The notes beneath the pieces are model-generated. The model was not told the DNA's origin. It saw only the letters and a list, made by a program, of their open reading frames with translations, and searched no databases. DNA of 62,389 nucleotides, counting the filler, from Chiloscyllium plagiosum (lineage: Eukaryota), in assembly GCF_004010195.1 (NCBI RefSeq). It is 4 parts of one record of this genome, joined end to end, with 100 filler letters (N's around TTAATTAATTAA, not from the genome) between each part and the next. Parts side by side here need not be neighbours in the genome. Positions count along the whole stretch, not along the records: positions 38,106 to 62,389 come from NC_057716.1; 3 more parts are not named here. One strand, 5' to 3'. Of the stretch, positions 61,086 to 62,389 are shown one piece after another (within the stretch, counting starts at the first letter, position 1; each line of letters begins with the position of its first letter). A program made the position numbers and the translations under genes.

Positions 61086-61540
61086 AGTGATGTGCCACAA
61101 GGGTCGGGAGCTGGGTCCACTGCTTTTTGTTGTTGATTTGGATGTGAACATAGGAAGTACAGTTAGTAAGTTTGCAGATGACACCAAATTTGGAGGTGTA
61201 GTCGACAGTGAAGAAGGTTACCTCAGAATACAAGAGGATCTTGATCAGGTGGGCCAATCAGCCAAGGCGTTTAATTTAGATAAATGTTAAGTGCTGTATT
61301 TTGGAAAGGCAAATCAGAGCAGGTGAATAAGACATTTGGTATGCTTTCCTTCATTAGTCAGAGCATTCAGTATAGGAGTTGGGAAATCATGTTGTCGCTG
61401 TACAGGATATTGATTAGACCACTTTTGGAATATTGTGTGCAATTCTGGTCTCCCTCCCATAAGAAGGATGTTGTGAAAGTTGAAAAGGTTCAGAGAAGAG
61501 TTACAAGGATGTTGCCAGGGTTGGAGGGTTTGAGCTGTAC
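61086..61540 (+). mobile_element. CR1 RT C-terminal fragment with internal deletions
   Basis: Reads LGPLLF..KFADDTK and RPLLEYCVQFWSP..VQRRVTRMLPGLE. Confidence 0.88.
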
Positions 61541-62389
61541 ATAGAACATAGAACATAGAAGAATACAGCGCAGTACAGGCCCTTTGGCCCTCGATGTTGC
61601 GCCGATCCAAGCCCACCTTACCTATACTAACCCACTATCCTCCATATACCTATCCAATGCCCGCTTAAATGCCCATAAAGAGGGAGAGTCCACCACTGCT
61701 ACTGGCAGGGCATTCCATGAACTTACGACTCGCTGAGTGAAGAACCTACCCCTAACTTCAGTCCTATATCTACCCCCCCACCTTAATTTATAGCTATGCC
61801 CTCTTGTAATACCCGACTCCATACGCGGGAAAAGGTCCACACTGTCAACCCTATCTAACCCCCTAATCATCTTGTACACCTCAATCAAGTCACCCCTAAA
61901 CCTTCTTTTCTCTAATGAAAACAGCCCCAAGTGTCTCAATCTTTCCTCATACGATCTTCCTTCCATACCAGGCAACATCCTGGTAAACCTCCTCTGCACC
62001 CGTTCCAGTGCCTCCACATCCTTCCTATAGTATGGCGACCAAAACTGCACACAATATTCCAGATGCGGCCGCACCAGAGTCTTATACAACTGCATCATGA
62101 CCTCAGGACTCCGGAACTCAATTCCTCTACCAATAAAAGCCAGTACGCCATATGCCTCCCTCACCGCACTATTTACCTGGGTGGCAACTTTCAGAGATCT
62201 GTGTACATGGACACCAAGATCCCTCTGCTCATCCACACTACCAAGTATCCGACCATTAACCCAGTACCCCATCTTTTTGTTATTCTTCCCAAAGTGAATC
62301 ACCTCAAACTTAGCTACATTGAATTCCATTTGCCACCTTTCTGCCCAGCTCTGCAGCTTCTCTATATCCTGCTGTAACCTACCACATCC
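61541..62389 (-). mobile_element. Young CR1 3' end inserted into the previous CR1; continues beyond the window
   Basis: Open 235-aa frame at 61622-62329 (LYKTLVRPHLEYCVQFWSP...FFTQRVVSSWNALP), with a (TTCTATG)n tail. Confidence 0.93.

Noticed and set aside
1..62389. CRISPR arrays, prokaryotic operons or rRNA
   Set aside because: No regularly spaced repeats, no gene-dense coding structure and no rRNA similarity. The sequence is vertebrate repeat-rich DNA.

Overview
Vertebrate genomic DNA, most likely from a shark or other elasmobranch. That assignment is inferred from abundant HE1-like V-SINEs that share their 3' tail with HER1/CR1-type LINEs. I found no convincing host protein-coding exon; the recognisable ORFs are transposon fragments and the rest look like chance ORFs. 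The window is largely a nested set of CR1 LINEs, a Rex1/Babar LINE, RTE and L2 relics, Penelope-like elements (PLEs), SINEs, the end of a Tigger/pogo-like MITE and decayed PIF/Harbinger genes. The only clearly intact host genes are a tandem minus-strand pair, tRNA-Ala(CGC) at 28060-28131 and tRNA-Gly(GCC) at 28456-28526, in a locally CpG-rich patch. The most interesting signal is a dense population of PLE 3' tails carrying minimal hammerhead ribozyme cores (CTGANGA-stem II-GAAA) in four sequence families with co-varying stem II. Many of these are separate 85-250 bp insertions, often palindromic, each flanked by an 11-16 bp target-site duplication (TSD). Several assembly gaps are present, three of them with an artificial TTAATTAATTAA linker. 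Repeat boundaries were read by eye and are approximate unless a TSD is given.
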